NCBI GenBank assembly: GCA_963792415.1
Contig: CAWBVY010000006.1
Location: forward strand, 288,001 to 352,000
From: Candidatus Deferrimicrobiaceae bacterium
GTDB lineage: Bacteria > Desulfobacterota > Deferrimicrobia > Deferrimicrobiales > Deferrimicrobiaceae
Length of the DNA: 64,000 bases
Reading direction: 5' to 3'
Below, piece by piece: positions 8,439-18,558 of this stretch; positions within the stretch are counted from its first letter, which is position 1, and each line of letters begins with the position of its first letter. The position numbers and the translations under genes are program-made. Below the pieces are notes generated by a model. That model was not told the DNA's origin and searched no databases. It saw only the letters and a program-made list of their open reading frames with translations.

Positions 8439-10265
8439 ATGATGTTCCCCACGCATTCTTTCCGGGACCTCCGGCATTCCACGCTGTCGATGATCCTCCT
8501 GGTCGCCTTCGTAGGGATTACCGGATGCGCGAACGACAATTCCTCCGGCGGCACGAGCAGCCCGCCGGATTGGGTGGTGCTTCCTTCCGGCGGCCAGCAC
8601 GCGAAATCCGCCACGCGCGACTACATCGCCAACAGCGAAAGCATCCCCTGCACGGAATGCCACGGTGCGGACCTCTCCGGCGGGACCTCACAGGTTTCCT
8701 GCTTCGGAAATCCCGCGGGTTGCCATCACGGTCCGGTATCCGGCTGGATCGCCACCTCTCCCGCGACTCAGAACCACGGCGTCTCCGCGAAACAGGCCCC
8801 CGGAAGCTCCGGCTTCGTCTCCTGCCAGATCTGCCACGGGAGATTCTTCTCCGGCGGCGAATCGACGGAGTCGTGCTTCCCCTGCCACGGGGTGAACGCG
8901 CCGCATCCGGCGCGGCCCTGGCACGGTCCCACGTACACCCACACAACTACCAACACGGAAAACGCGCAGGTCTGCGCGCAGTGCCACTTCCCGGGGTCCC
9001 CGAACAACCCGGCGAACCATCCGGCCATGCCCGCCGCGGCGGGAACGCCGCCCGGGTGCTTCAATAGCACGCTGTGCCACGGCGACACGGGTGCACCCCA
9101 CGCCGTTGGAACCACCTGGCGCGATCCCAACCCGCAGTTCCACGGGTTGACCGCGAAGCAGGATCTATCGTTCTGCCAGGGGTGCCACGGTACGCCCGGG
9201 ACGACCCTGTTCAACGGAGGGACCGCGCCAACCTCCTGCCAGTCCTCCACCTGTCACGCGCGCGCCAGGGCGCACCCGATCCCCTGGTACCAGACGTCCC
9301 AGCCGTACCCCTCCTACGTAGCTTCCCACCGGGATTCCGGGAACCGAAGCGTGGCGTGCGCCATCTGCCACAAGGTGGACGGACCCGGCACAGGGCCGGA
9401 CCCCACCGCACCGAGCTGCTTCTCCGTCTCTTTCGGCGGGATCCTCTGCCACTCCGGCGGTGCCGGCGGAGTGAATCACTCCGTACCGTTCCCGGGAGCG
9501 ACCCACACCTCGGCGGACCCGACGAGCTTCGATGCGGACTGCTCCGGGTGCCACGCGATCACGGGCGTCTCGCCGAGTTCCGTAGCGCCCCTCTGCACGG
9601 TGTGCCACCAAACCGGCTCGCCGCTGACATCGCTCAACTGCACCTCCTGCCATGGGGATCCGCCGTCCGGCGCGACCTATCCGAACGTGGCCGGCAAACA
9701 CGCCGTCCACGGTGCGCTCCCCGGGGCGGGGGTGTGCAACCCCTGTCACAACGGCCTGGACACCGGCACCCTGGAGCATTACAACCGTGCCAACGCGCGT
9801 CCGGGGAAGGATGCTTTGCGGGTGCCCCCGGGCGATATCGTCTTCCTGGCGGCGTACAACGCCAAAGCGGGCCCCGCCGCATTCGACAACGCGACCCTCA
9901 CCTGCGCCAACGTGAGCTGCCACGGCGGGCAGGCGACGCCCGACTGGCGGACGGCAACGGCCAACGCGATCGATGTCCCCAACGCGTGCCTGAACTGCCA
10001 CGTCTCCGGCACGACCCAGTACAACAGCTACTTCTCCGGAGAGCACGACAGGCACATCACCGAATTCGGGCTCAGCGCGACGACGTGCAAACTGTGCCAC
10101 GACGCGTCGAAGGTGAACGTGTCCGGCCACTTCCAGAACCTGGCCACGCCCGCTTTCGAGCAACCGGCCCGGGCGACGATCCTCCCCGCCGTCAAGTACA
10201 ACGGCAACACCTGCGATCCCAATTCGGGAGGACTCACGGGATGTCACAAGAAAGAGAGCTGGTGA
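8439..10265 (+). CDS. Multiheme c-type cytochrome lipoprotein (CxxxxCH/CxxCH type)
   Basis: 12 CxxCH plus 6 longer-spaced CXnCH motifs; lipobox VGITGC. Confidence 0.92.
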   Translation: MMFPTHSFRDLRHSTLSMILLVAFVGITGCANDNSSGGTSSPPDWVVLPSGGQHAKSATRDYIANSESIPCTECHGADLSGGTSQVSCFGNPAGCHHGPVSGWIATSPATQNHGVSAKQAPGSSGFVSCQICHGRFFSGGESTESCFPCHGVNAPHPARPWHGPTYTHTTTNTENAQVCAQCHFPGSPNNPANHPAMPAAAGTPPGCFNSTLCHGDTGAPHAVGTTWRDPNPQFHGLTAKQDLSFCQGCHGTPGTTLFNGGTAPTSCQSSTCHARARAHPIPWYQTSQPYPSYVASHRDSGNRSVACAICHKVDGPGTGPDPTAPSCFSVSFGGILCHSGGAGGVNHSVPFPGATHTSADPTSFDADCSGCHAITGVSPSSVAPLCTVCHQTGSPLTSLNCTSCHGDPPSGATYPNVAGKHAVHGALPGAGVCNPCHNGLDTGTLEHYNRANARPGKDALRVPPGDIVFLAAYNAKAGPAAFDNATLTCANVSCHGGQATPDWRTATANAIDVPNACLNCHVSGTTQYNSYFSGEHDRHITEFGLSATTCKLCHDASKVNVSGHFQNLATPAFEQPARATILPAVKYNGNTCDPNSGGLTGCHKKESW

Positions 10266-10297
10266 CGACCACATGACGTTTCAAATGGGGGATTAAC

Positions 10298-10651
10298 ATG
10301 CGCGGACCCCGTCTCCGGTCTACGATCCGATCCGTCGTCGCGATCCTTTGCGCCGCCTGCTTCCTCACCGTGAGCCTTGGATCCGTTTCCCGCGCGATCG
10401 CGGCCGACCCTTGGGAAACGTGGCCGAAAAAGACGACCGTCCCCGGCGTGGCGCCGAATCCGGAAACGGACGCGAACAGTGCGGCCAAGTCAGCGGAAGC
10501 GACGGAGAAGGAACCGGCGAAGGGAAGCTCCTCCGGAAGGAACTGGTGGATCGCCGCCGGGGCCGCCGTGGTCATCGGGATCGGGATCGCGATCGCCTCC
10601 GGCGGAGGCGGAGGCGGAGACAGCGGGTCGACGAACCCGGGCCACCAATGA
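10298..10651 (+). CDS. Secreted or membrane-anchored hypothetical protein
   Basis: signal peptide, C-terminal WWIAAGAAVVIGIGIAIA TM segment and Gly tail. Confidence 0.7.
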   Translation: MRGPRLRSTIRSVVAILCAACFLTVSLGSVSRAIAADPWETWPKKTTVPGVAPNPETDANSAAKSAEATEKEPAKGSSSGRNWWIAAGAAVVIGIGIAIASGGGGGGDSGSTNPGHQ

Positions 10652-10741
10652 GCGGAGGCAGCTCGCCCATCCGTTGAACCGCAGATCGTTTCCGCTTTCG
10701 TGAGGTAGAGGAATCCCATCCGATGCCCGATGGCCTCCCGA

Positions 10742-11560
10742 TCACCTCGAATGCGACGTAAGCACCACCTTCCTGGCGATTTTATCGACAACTCCCGGAG
10801 CCAGCAGCCTGATCCACGGCACGAGTCTCCCGCGCGTTGAAAGCGTGACCTCGCTCCGCCGGGCCGCCGCAGCCTCGACGATGCGCCGCGCGCACTCCTG
10901 CGCAGTCATTGTTCCTTTGCCGTACCTTCTCGCGTCCTGGCCCCGAGGGCGTCCGCCGCCATCGCGCACGTTCGCGGAGAAGCGGGTGGTGACGAAATCG
11001 GGATAGATGGTAGTCACCGAAACGCCGGAGTCCTCCAGTTCCATGCGAATCGCATCGAAGAACCCTGCCATCGCATACTTGCTGGCAATGTAGCTGCTGT
11101 AGTACGGAAAGGGGACCTTCGCCGCAACGCTGCTGACCGCGACGATCCTGCCTCTGGCCTGCGTAAGGTGCGGCAGGGCGTAATAGGTGCAGTAGACACT
11201 CCCCAGGAAATTGGTGTTCAGGACCTCGACGAAAAGAGCGAGCGAGGGAAGGTTGGCGAACCGGGCTCCGACGGCAAAGCCCGCGTTGTTGACGAGGGCG
11301 TCGATGCGACCATACGTCGTCAAAGCAGAGGCAACCAGAGCCTTGCATTGCCCCTCGTCGCTGACGTCCATCGGAACGGATACGGCCTTCGCCCCGAGTC
11401 GCCTGCACTCGGCAGCGACCGTTTCAAGGCGTTCGGCACTCCGTGCGGCCAGCGCGAGGAAGGCCCCCTCTCTGGCGAGATGGCAGGCCAACGCTTCCCC
11501 GATCCCGCTGGATGCCCCGGTGATGATCACAACCTGATCCCTGAAGCCCTCCGTACCCAA
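10742..11560 (-). CDS. SDR family oxidoreductase
   Basis: TGASSGIG, NNAG, YIASK. Confidence 0.92.
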   Translation of the reverse strand: MGTEGFRDQVVIITGASSGIGEALACHLAREGAFLALAARSAERLETVAAECRRLGAKAVSVPMDVSDEGQCKALVASALTTYGRIDALVNNAGFAVGARFANLPSLALFVEVLNTNFLGSVYCTYYALPHLTQARGRIVAVSSVAAKVPFPYYSSYIASKYAMAGFFDAIRMELEDSGVSVTTIYPDFVTTRFSANVRDGGGRPRGQDARRYGKGTMTAQECARRIVEAAAARRSEVTLSTRGRLVPWIRLLAPGVVDKIARKVVLTSHSR

Positions 11561-11787
11561 TGGCAGGCTCCTCTGCGGCCGAATTCACTCTTCCCTCCGT
11601 CGCGACACTATAAATCTGCGGAAACACCTGAGCAACCCAATCCCGGCCCCCGATCGTATTCCATTGGGAAATCCTCGAGCATGATGGGTTTGCGGGGGAA
11701 GGCATGAATGGGGCAGTGCAAGTGGATGCATTGGCGTTTGCCGGGAAGGTTTCCCCTGGGCCTGGAGGATGCTCCCGGCAGGGACGG

Positions 11788-11880
11788 TTATTTCGATAAC
11801 AGCCCCGCGTTTTGACAAGAATGGACCACCAACAGAACCGCCGCAAGCGTTACGATAATTACCATCAAACCGAATCTCAT
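11788..11880 (-). CDS. 30-aa small membrane protein or lipoprotein
   Basis: MRFGLMVIIVTLAAVLLVVHSCQNAGLLSK with GGGGGAGG RBS. Confidence 0.4.
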   Translation of the reverse strand: MRFGLMVIIVTLAAVLLVVHSCQNAGLLSK

Positions 11881-11915
11881 CCCTCCCCCCTTCCTGGATG
11901 TTTCTGTCCGGATCG

Positions 11916-12698
11916 TCAAAGGAATGTTCTCGTAACCATCCATAAGCCAACTACGATAATGGACATGCCGATGGCGCGACTTACCCAGTGCCCGGCGGGA
12001 ACGATTTTTTCGACCAGGACGTACACCGCGATCGTCGCCACCCAGAGAAGATTCATCACCCCCGCCACGAACAATAGCGTCATCAGAAGCCAGCAGCAGC
12101 CCACGCAATAGATGCCGTGATGAACTCCCATGAAGAAAGCACCCCTGTTGCCTTCCCGCCATTCGGTCAAGAAAAACCCGATCGGAGAGCGGCAATGCGT
12201 CAGACATGCACGTTTAAGGGGTGTGTACTGGAAAACCCCGGCCCCGATCAGCAGCACCCCCCCCAGAAGAGGGTTGTTGCTCACCATCATGGGGGAAAGA
12301 AGGGCGGCGCGATGAAGTCCCCACTGCGCGAACGTAGCGACGGCACTGAAAATCGTCCAGACCACGAGATAACCGGCAAGAAATACCCCTGTCGCCACGA
12401 TGGGGTTTTGTCGTTCGTGACGCCCGCGGGTTAATCTGGAAAACGTGAGGATCATGGGCGTAGCGGAGGGCGTCATCATCGCCACCATCATCACCGCCCA
12501 CATGAGGAACATCAGGACGAAATCCCCTATTCCCCATCCCTCCATCCGGGGCATGCTCATCCCCATCCCCATCGATCTTCCCATGACCCGGTCGAGGTAA
12601 AACATATACGCCCAGGCGATCGCGACGATGCCCGCAATGCCAAGGATGACGAAGGCCCGGTCCCGCTTCAGTACCGCTTCGGCGTTTCCCGATGCCAC
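11916..12698 (-). CDS. DUF2182 predicted metal-binding membrane protein
   Basis: MWAVMMVAMMTPS, KRACLTHCRSP, YCVGCCW. Confidence 0.9.
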   Translation of the reverse strand: MASGNAEAVLKRDRAFVILGIAGIVAIAWAYMFYLDRVMGRSMGMGMSMPRMEGWGIGDFVLMFLMWAVMMVAMMTPSATPMILTFSRLTRGRHERQNPIVATGVFLAGYLVVWTIFSAVATFAQWGLHRAALLSPMMVSNNPLLGGVLLIGAGVFQYTPLKRACLTHCRSPIGFFLTEWREGNRGAFFMGVHHGIYCVGCCWLLMTLLFVAGVMNLLWVATIAVYVLVEKIVPAGHWVSRAIGMSIIVVGLWMVTRTFL

Positions 12699-12701
12699 CC
12701 C

Positions 12702-13307
12702 TTAACTCCCCTGGTAGGAAAAGGGCGAAAAATACCCGTTTTTCCCCGAGATCTCCCAATGAAGACCATGGTCCTGATACTTCAGCCTTCCAGACTTTGC
12801 CACCACCGCTTTGTAGCCTGGCGCGATGCAAAGGGGATGACCATCGATGGTGACGTCGGCTCCGCCTTGACCTTCGATTGCCTCGATATCCGCTTCCGCC
12901 ACATCGGAAATCTTCAGGCTGCGTCGTTTCCCATCCGCCGTGAATTCGATCGGGACCTGCTTTATTCCCAGCACGTCGCCGACGTGGGAAACCAGCATCC
13001 CGGGATGTCCCCCCGCCTGACCGGTGAAGATCTGAGTCAATGCATCTTTCTGTTTCTCGGACGCTTTCTGATCGAAATACAGGGCTGCTCGCCATTTCAC
13101 TTCGGCCATATGCCCGGGAGAGTGCAATGCGAGGGCGACATTCAGGTTTCCCAGGTCGACACTCCCATAGGTCCCCTTGTCGATATGCCAGCCGACAAGG
13201 GCTGTGCATTCGCCATCGGTAGGGGCGCTCAAGAAAACACAGGGACAACCCACATCGCAGTTGCATGCCTCACAATAGGTCCCGTTCAAATTCCACTTTT
13301 CCGCCAT
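12702..13307 (-). CDS. DUF1326 protein
   Basis: YCEACNCDVGCPC; usual partner of DUF2182. Confidence 0.9.
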   Translation of the reverse strand: MAEKWNLNGTYCEACNCDVGCPCVFLSAPTDGECTALVGWHIDKGTYGSVDLGNLNVALALHSPGHMAEVKWRAALYFDQKASEKQKDALTQIFTGQAGGHPGMLVSHVGDVLGIKQVPIEFTADGKRRSLKISDVAEADIEAIEGQGGADVTIDGHPLCIAPGYKAVVAKSGRLKYQDHGLHWEISGKNGYFSPFSYQGS

Positions 13308-13639
13308 GACCCGGCTCCTTTCCATATGGGGTTCCATCGGTGATGCGGTGTTGAAAACCAAATCCCTACTATTTTGACTGGGTTTTATGAGGATGGTTTC
13401 CTCGAATGAGAAATCCCCGTGATCCGCTCCCGTAAGACCTCTCCAGTCCAACGGCACAAGGTATTCCGGTATTGCCCCATTACGGAAAATGCGTCCGGAA
13501 TCGGAGCAAAGTAGGGAGCCGGAAAGCAGCGGGGAACGCGGAAATCGTGACCCGGCCTCATATTTGACACTCCACGATATTCCCTGTATTTTTTCCCTGT
13601 TATCGTAGGCTTCATAACATTCCAGCGGGAGGTGTTCCG

Positions 13640-13870
13640 GTGAGTGGATCGCGGGTGGCAGCGGCAATCGTCATGTTGGCTCTGGTCGCATCCCTGGCAG
13701 GGTGTTGCGGAGGGAGCAAGACCGTGGAAAACACTCCCGTACAGGTTCAGACCAAAACGGCGGGAGAACAGTTGACGGACCTGCAGAAGGCGTACGAGAG
13801 CGGGGCCATCGACGAGAAGCAGTACAACAAGATGAAGAAGGACATCATCGATAAGTCCGGCGGGAAATAA
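13640..13870 (+). CDS. SHOCT-domain lipoprotein
   Basis: LAGC lipobox; LTDLQKAYESGAIDEKQYNKMKKDII. Confidence 0.8.
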   Translation: MSGSRVAAAIVMLALVASLAGCCGGSKTVENTPVQVQTKTAGEQLTDLQKAYESGAIDEKQYNKMKKDIIDKSGGK

Positions 13871-13874
13871 CCGC

Positions 13875-14303
13875 TTGATGCGACGGGGGCCTCGAGGAGG
13901 GGCATATGTTGCCGGTGTCGCGCTCGCCGGCTGCATGCTCCTCCTCCCTCGTCCGGCCCTCTGCGCGAATGCCGCGATGAAAGGGCCGCCCGCCGTTCCC
14001 CCGCACGTCTTCGTCGGCGACCGGGCGCCCGAGACGTCTTCCGTACGGCTGGCCTTCCTCGGGACGATCGAGCTGTTCCAGAAAAGGATATCCCCCATCG
14101 AGGGACCACGGTGCGGTTTCTCCCCTTCCTGCTCCGCCTTCGGCCACCAGGCGATCCGGGAGCAGGGCCCGGTCCTCGGGGTGATGATGACCGCGGACCG
14201 ACTGATGCGGGACACCATTTTGACCGTGCCCGGTCCGGGCTATACCGTTCTCCCGAACGGTTATTATCTCGATCCCGTGTCGAGGAATCTCCTTCACGAA
14301 TGA
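13875..14303 (+). CDS. YidD-like (hemolytic domain) protein
   Basis: ISPIEGPRCGFSPSCSAFGHQAI...DRLMR. Confidence 0.75.
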   Translation: MMRRGPRGGAYVAGVALAGCMLLLPRPALCANAAMKGPPAVPPHVFVGDRAPETSSVRLAFLGTIELFQKRISPIEGPRCGFSPSCSAFGHQAIREQGPVLGVMMTADRLMRDTILTVPGPGYTVLPNGYYLDPVSRNLLHE

Positions 14304-15193
14304 CGACGCGTCCCGGGGTTCTCCTCCTGCTGCTGGCCGCCTTTCTCGCCGCCCTCACGTCACCGTCGTGGGCGTCCGAAAAAGAGGTCGTCGTGACGGA
14401 AACGGTACAGCTGGGACTCGCCGACGCCTTCCTGGCCGAAGGCGAATATTACCGGGCGATCACGGAATACAAGAAATTCCTCTTCCTCTTCCCCGATTCC
14501 GGAAAAGCCGATTACGCGCTGTTCGGGATCGGAACGGCGTATTACCGGGGGGAGGAGTACGAACCGGCAGCGCGCACCTTCACGGCAGTGCAGGAAAAGC
14601 ACGGGAGGGGGGCGCACGCCGCGCCATCCGCGTATTTCGAAGGGGTCAGCCTGTGGAAGCTCGGGAGGTTTGACCGGGCGGATGCGGCGTTCGACCGGGT
14701 CGCTGCGCTGGACCCGGCATCGGAATACGCCCCCCTTTCCCGCATCGGGAAATCGCTCCTGTCGTATGATGCGAGGAACGTTCCCGGCTGCCGCGAGGAG
14801 CTTGCGAGATTTCTCGAAAGCTACCCGCAGGATGCCCGGGCGGGAAACGTCCGGCAAACCATCGCGCTGCTCGACAGGAACGGGGAGTTGCCCCGGAAGT
14901 CGCCTGCCGTCGCCGGTGTGATGTCCGCCGTCGTGCCTGGGAGTGGGTACATGTACGCGGGCCGCTACGGGGACGGCATCGTGGCCCTGATCGTCAACGG
15001 GGTGTTCATCGCGGGAGCGGTCGCGGCCATCCACCAGGAGAATTACGCCGTCGCTGCGATCGTGGGGGGGATAGGACTGCCGTTCTACATAGGGAACATC
15101 TACGGCTCCGCCAACGCCGCGACGAAGTGAAACATCGCCGTCCGGAAAGGGTTTCGGGAGGAGATCGCCGTCTCGCTCGACTATCGCTTCTGA
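14300..15193 (+). CDS. TPR protein with C-terminal TM segments; in-frame TGA at 15128-15130
   Basis: TPR helices (YYRAITEYKKFLFLFPDS); frame continues 20 codons past the TGA to ...SLDYRF*. Confidence 0.75.
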
Positions 15194-15295
15194 TCGCGCC
15201 AAGGGCGCCGGTCTTCCCCTGGTTCCGTAGACACCGGATCGATTGACAGGAGCATCGGCGGGCTTTGCGGTAAACACTTCTCCCGGGGGGTCCGA

Positions 15296-15763
15296 ATGCG
15301 ATATCTCATGATTCTGCTCGCATTCTTCATCGGCATGTTCCTGCCACTGCAGGCGGGCATCAACAACGCCCTGAAGACCGATATCGCCGACAGCACCCTG
15401 CTGGCGGCGTTTGTGTCCTTTGCGGTGGGAACACTTACCCTTCTCCTCTTTTCCGTGGCGACGGGGCAGCCGTTCGAGGCGCTTTCCTCCCTTCCGCATC
15501 TAACCTGGTGGAAGCTGGTCGGAGGGACCTTCGGTGCCTTATTCGTCTTCAGCACCATTTACCTTGCCCCCCGGATCGGGTTCGCCGCGATGGCCTCCCT
15601 CATCATCACCGGCCAGATCGTCGCCTCGCTCCTGATGGACCGGGCAGGCTTCCTTGGGGTCCCGGTGCGTGATATCTCCGTGGTGAAATTGTCGGGAGCG
15701 GTGCTGCTCATCGCCGGGATGATTCTCGTGAACTTCGGCGACCGCTTGTTCCCTCGAATTTGA
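15296..15763 (+). CDS. DMT family transporter (DUF606/YdcZ-like)
   Basis: PLQAGIN, SFAVGT, GQIVASLLMD. Confidence 0.88.
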   Translation: MRYLMILLAFFIGMFLPLQAGINNALKTDIADSTLLAAFVSFAVGTLTLLLFSVATGQPFEALSSLPHLTWWKLVGGTFGALFVFSTIYLAPRIGFAAMASLIITGQIVASLLMDRAGFLGVPVRDISVVKLSGAVLLIAGMILVNFGDRLFPRI

Positions 15764-15799
15764 GAAATCGTTCGCCCGGGAAGGCTCAGGAGGAAGGAC

Positions 15800-16300
15800 A
15801 TGTTCGGAACAGGTTCTCAAGAGGTACCAGTAACTTCAATAATCCTTGTTTTTTTCGCTATTTCGATTTGGGTTATTGTGGATATAGTAAAAAGTAATTT
15901 CGGCGGTAACGATAAGATCAAATGGATTCTTCTGGTAACATTTTTCCCAATAATTGGCATTATTCTTTATTATTACGTAGGGGTAAAGCAAAAAATCACG
16001 CCAAAAACCCATTATCCTTGCCCTAAATGCAGGGAATTCATACCACGAGAGGCGAATAACTGCAAGCACTGTGGATGTAAGTTAGCTCCAGATTTAATAA
16101 TAAACAAATCTAATTCGGAGATTGAAGAAATACAAAAGAATATTTACGATAGCATTGAAAATATATCAAAGGAATATATTATTTCATGTCCTTATTGCAA
16201 TCAATCCATCCGGTCTGATTCAAAAGAATGTCCGTTTTGCGCAATGTTTATTCCAGAGGACATCCGAAGAAATATAACAACTCCTACCCGCCAGACATGA
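15800..16300 (+). CDS. PLDc_N-like membrane domain plus zinc ribbons (AT-rich)
   Basis: KIKWILLVTFFPIIGIILYYYVG; four CxxC motifs. Confidence 0.75.
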   Translation: MFGTGSQEVPVTSIILVFFAISIWVIVDIVKSNFGGNDKIKWILLVTFFPIIGIILYYYVGVKQKITPKTHYPCPKCREFIPREANNCKHCGCKLAPDLIINKSNSEIEEIQKNIYDSIENISKEYIISCPYCNQSIRSDSKECPFCAMFIPEDIRRNITTPTRQT

Positions 16301-16345
16301 ATGCCGACATCTTGATTCGTACCCGCTTTCGCCGCCCCCGATGCC

Positions 16346-16500
16346 TTACTTCCCTTTCTCCACCGGCGCGAGAGTGACCGTCGCCTTGGCCACCAGCTTC
16401 TCCTTCCCGTCCCGGACCGCGTAGACTTCCGACTCCGCGACGATGAGATTCCGCCCGGGTCGGGCCGACTCGCCGTTCGTCAATGTCGCACGGACGATCC
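16346..16500 (-). pseudogene. 3' remnant of a PaaI/hot-dog thioesterase
   Basis: RPGRNLIVAESEVYAVRDGKEKLVAKATVTL; no N-terminus. Confidence 0.55.
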
Positions 16501-16523
16501 CATTCCGATAAGATAGGAGCATT

Positions 16524-17117
16524 GTGGCCCGCAACCCGACGCGCGAAGAAGCATGGACGATCCTCACGGATCACGTAAAAGGCCCAGGCCTCATCTCGCA
16601 CGCCCTGGCGGTCGAGGCCGTCATGCGACATTTCGCCCGGAAGAGAAACGCGGACGAGGAGCTGTGGGGCGTCATCGGATTGATCCACGACGTGGACTAC
16701 GAGGAACACCCCGATGAACACCTCCGGCACGCAACGGAGATCCTGCGGCGCCACGGGTGGCCCGAGGAGTGCGTACGCGCGGTCGCGTCCCACGGATGGG
16801 GATTGTTCACGGACGTCCCGCCGGTCACCGACCTGGAGAAGACTCTTTTCGCGATCGACGAACTGACCGGGCTGGTCGCGGCGGCAGCGCTCGTCCGGCC
16901 GTCGCGAAGCGTCCTGGACCTGCCCGTCAAGAGCGTCCTGAAGAAGTGGAAGGACAAGGGATTTGCCGCGGGTGTGGACCGGAAGGTGATCGAAAAAGGC
17001 GCCGCCCTGATGGAAGTACCGCTCGATCAACTGGTCGCGGACACCATCGAGGGGATGAAGACCGTCGCGGAAACGATCGGACTGAAGGGAAACCCGAACG
17101 GGACCCCAACTGCTTGA
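16524..17117 (+). CDS. HD-domain (HDIG-like) hydrolase
   Basis: SHALAVEAVM, GLIHDVDYE, SHGW, DELTGL. Confidence 0.9.
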   Translation: MARNPTREEAWTILTDHVKGPGLISHALAVEAVMRHFARKRNADEELWGVIGLIHDVDYEEHPDEHLRHATEILRRHGWPEECVRAVASHGWGLFTDVPPVTDLEKTLFAIDELTGLVAAAALVRPSRSVLDLPVKSVLKKWKDKGFAAGVDRKVIEKGAALMEVPLDQLVADTIEGMKTVAETIGLKGNPNGTPTA

Positions 17118-17237
17118 GACGCCTGCCCGATCGCGGCTTGGGCCCTTCGGGTTATCAGAGGCGTAAAATTGCCCGTGACCTGTAAAAGATCCCCCGGAAA
17201 GACCCGATAACAGGCGTATTCGGGAATTCCCACGGCG

Positions 17238-17888
17238 TCATTTCTTTTTCATCAATGCGTAAATGGCCTTATGAGTAATTTTCTTCCCCTGGACATCAAT
17301 CGTTTTCAGATCGTCGATTACGAATAATCTCCCGAACAGCAACTCCATCTCTTTTTCCGACGATAAGTACAGGACGGTACCAAGCGGTGTTTTTCTGTAT
17401 TTCCCGGAGCCACCGAATTGAGGGCTGTCTTCGCTGAAACACACCGACAAATATCGTCCGTTGGAATTCAATAGTCGATCAACGTTATTAAGATATTTTT
17501 CCCTGTCCTCAGGGAAAATATGATGTAAAAGTTCCCAGTCGTACACAAGATCGAACGTGGAGTGACACTCCGACAAGTCCCCTGTTACATCCGCCACCAG
17601 AAACTTGCAGTCAACTCCAGCCGTCAATGCCGAGGTTCTCGCAATACGAATGGCATTTTCGGAGATATCCAGGCCTGCGCAATCGTAGCCCATTTTAGAA
17701 AAATATATTACGTAGTTTCCCGCTCCACAGCCCATTTCGATTGCCTTGCAGGTCTTGTTGATATTTGCCGTTACCGCCGCTACCAATATTTCCGGCGGGG
17801 TCGCCATGTTCCACGGAATCGTATCGAGCGGAATGTCCCGATATATCCTCTCCATTTGTTCCTTGATCATGATCTTCTCCAAAAACAT
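17238..17888 (-). CDS. Class I SAM-dependent methyltransferase
   Basis: IEMGCGAG, GLDISENAI. Confidence 0.88.
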   Translation of the reverse strand: MFLEKIMIKEQMERIYRDIPLDTIPWNMATPPEILVAAVTANINKTCKAIEMGCGAGNYVIYFSKMGYDCAGLDISENAIRIARTSALTAGVDCKFLVADVTGDLSECHSTFDLVYDWELLHHIFPEDREKYLNNVDRLLNSNGRYLSVCFSEDSPQFGGSGKYRKTPLGTVLYLSSEKEMELLFGRLFVIDDLKTIDVQGKKITHKAIYALMKKK

Positions 17889-17942
17889 GTCCTCCGCGGA
17901 ATCATTGTCGGAGACTATCCATTCATTTCGTAGCTTCCTCCG

Positions 17943-18143
17943 TTATCCCCTGTCCGATGCGCCGCCGGACCGCCTCCCGGGATTTCGTGATGAGAAAACG
18001 CTCGTCCATAGGGTATTCCACAATGGAGCCGCAGCCGTCGCAGAAAGGGCAATACACGGCATTCAGCAGGTGATCGGCAACTCGGCACCGCCGAAATATT
18101 TCTTCCACCGGTTCAGGGAATCTTCTTTCCGTCTCGTCTCCAT
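17943..18143 (-). pseudogene. Doubly internally deleted DUF169 gene
   Basis: METRRKEDSLNRWKKYFGGAELPITC, NAVYCPFCDGCGSIV and MDERFLITKSREAVRRRIG match the start, middle and end of 56860..57606. Confidence 0.85.
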
Positions 18144-18185
18144 TTTTTGTCCGCCCCGGTCAACGCCTCGAAGCGAACAAGGTCC

Positions 18186-18428
18186 TTACGCCACAATACG
18201 CAGGGCGACATACGGAACCAGGTTGAACAGGATGATTCCAATCTTGAATATCGCTATCCCGATGTAATTCAGCGCATCGAATTGCTCGACCGACAGGCGA
18301 AACCATCTTCCGGTGATCCGATACAACATATCGTGTGCACGCGTGAAGAACAGAAACCAGATCAGGAGCATTCCGTAATTGATCAAACCACACCACAGAA
18401 GGAACTCTTCCACCAGCGTGATATTCAT
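18186..18428 (-). CDS. Small membrane protein (DUF6868-like)
   Basis: FLLWCGLINYGMLLIWFLFF...FKIGIILFNLVPYVAL. Confidence 0.75.
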   Translation of the reverse strand: MNITLVEEFLLWCGLINYGMLLIWFLFFTRAHDMLYRITGRWFRLSVEQFDALNYIGIAIFKIGIILFNLVPYVALRIVA

Positions 18429-18558
18429 CTTTTCCCCTCGTGTTTGCCAAGTTGCCAAACCAGGAACGGGATATCCCTTCGCACCCTTAGGGTACAGCGG
18501 AATCACTCAATGTCCGCATGGAAACTCACGGGCGTCGAGGCTTGAGCACCAGGATGCT

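Noticed and set aside
15128-15130. Selenocysteine or alternative genetic code
   Set aside because: No redox-motif context, and many other genes in the window end normally at TGA
15527-15536. GACCTTCGGT inside the DMT gene as an att core
   Set aside because: Coding, mismatched and without arm repeats; probably chance
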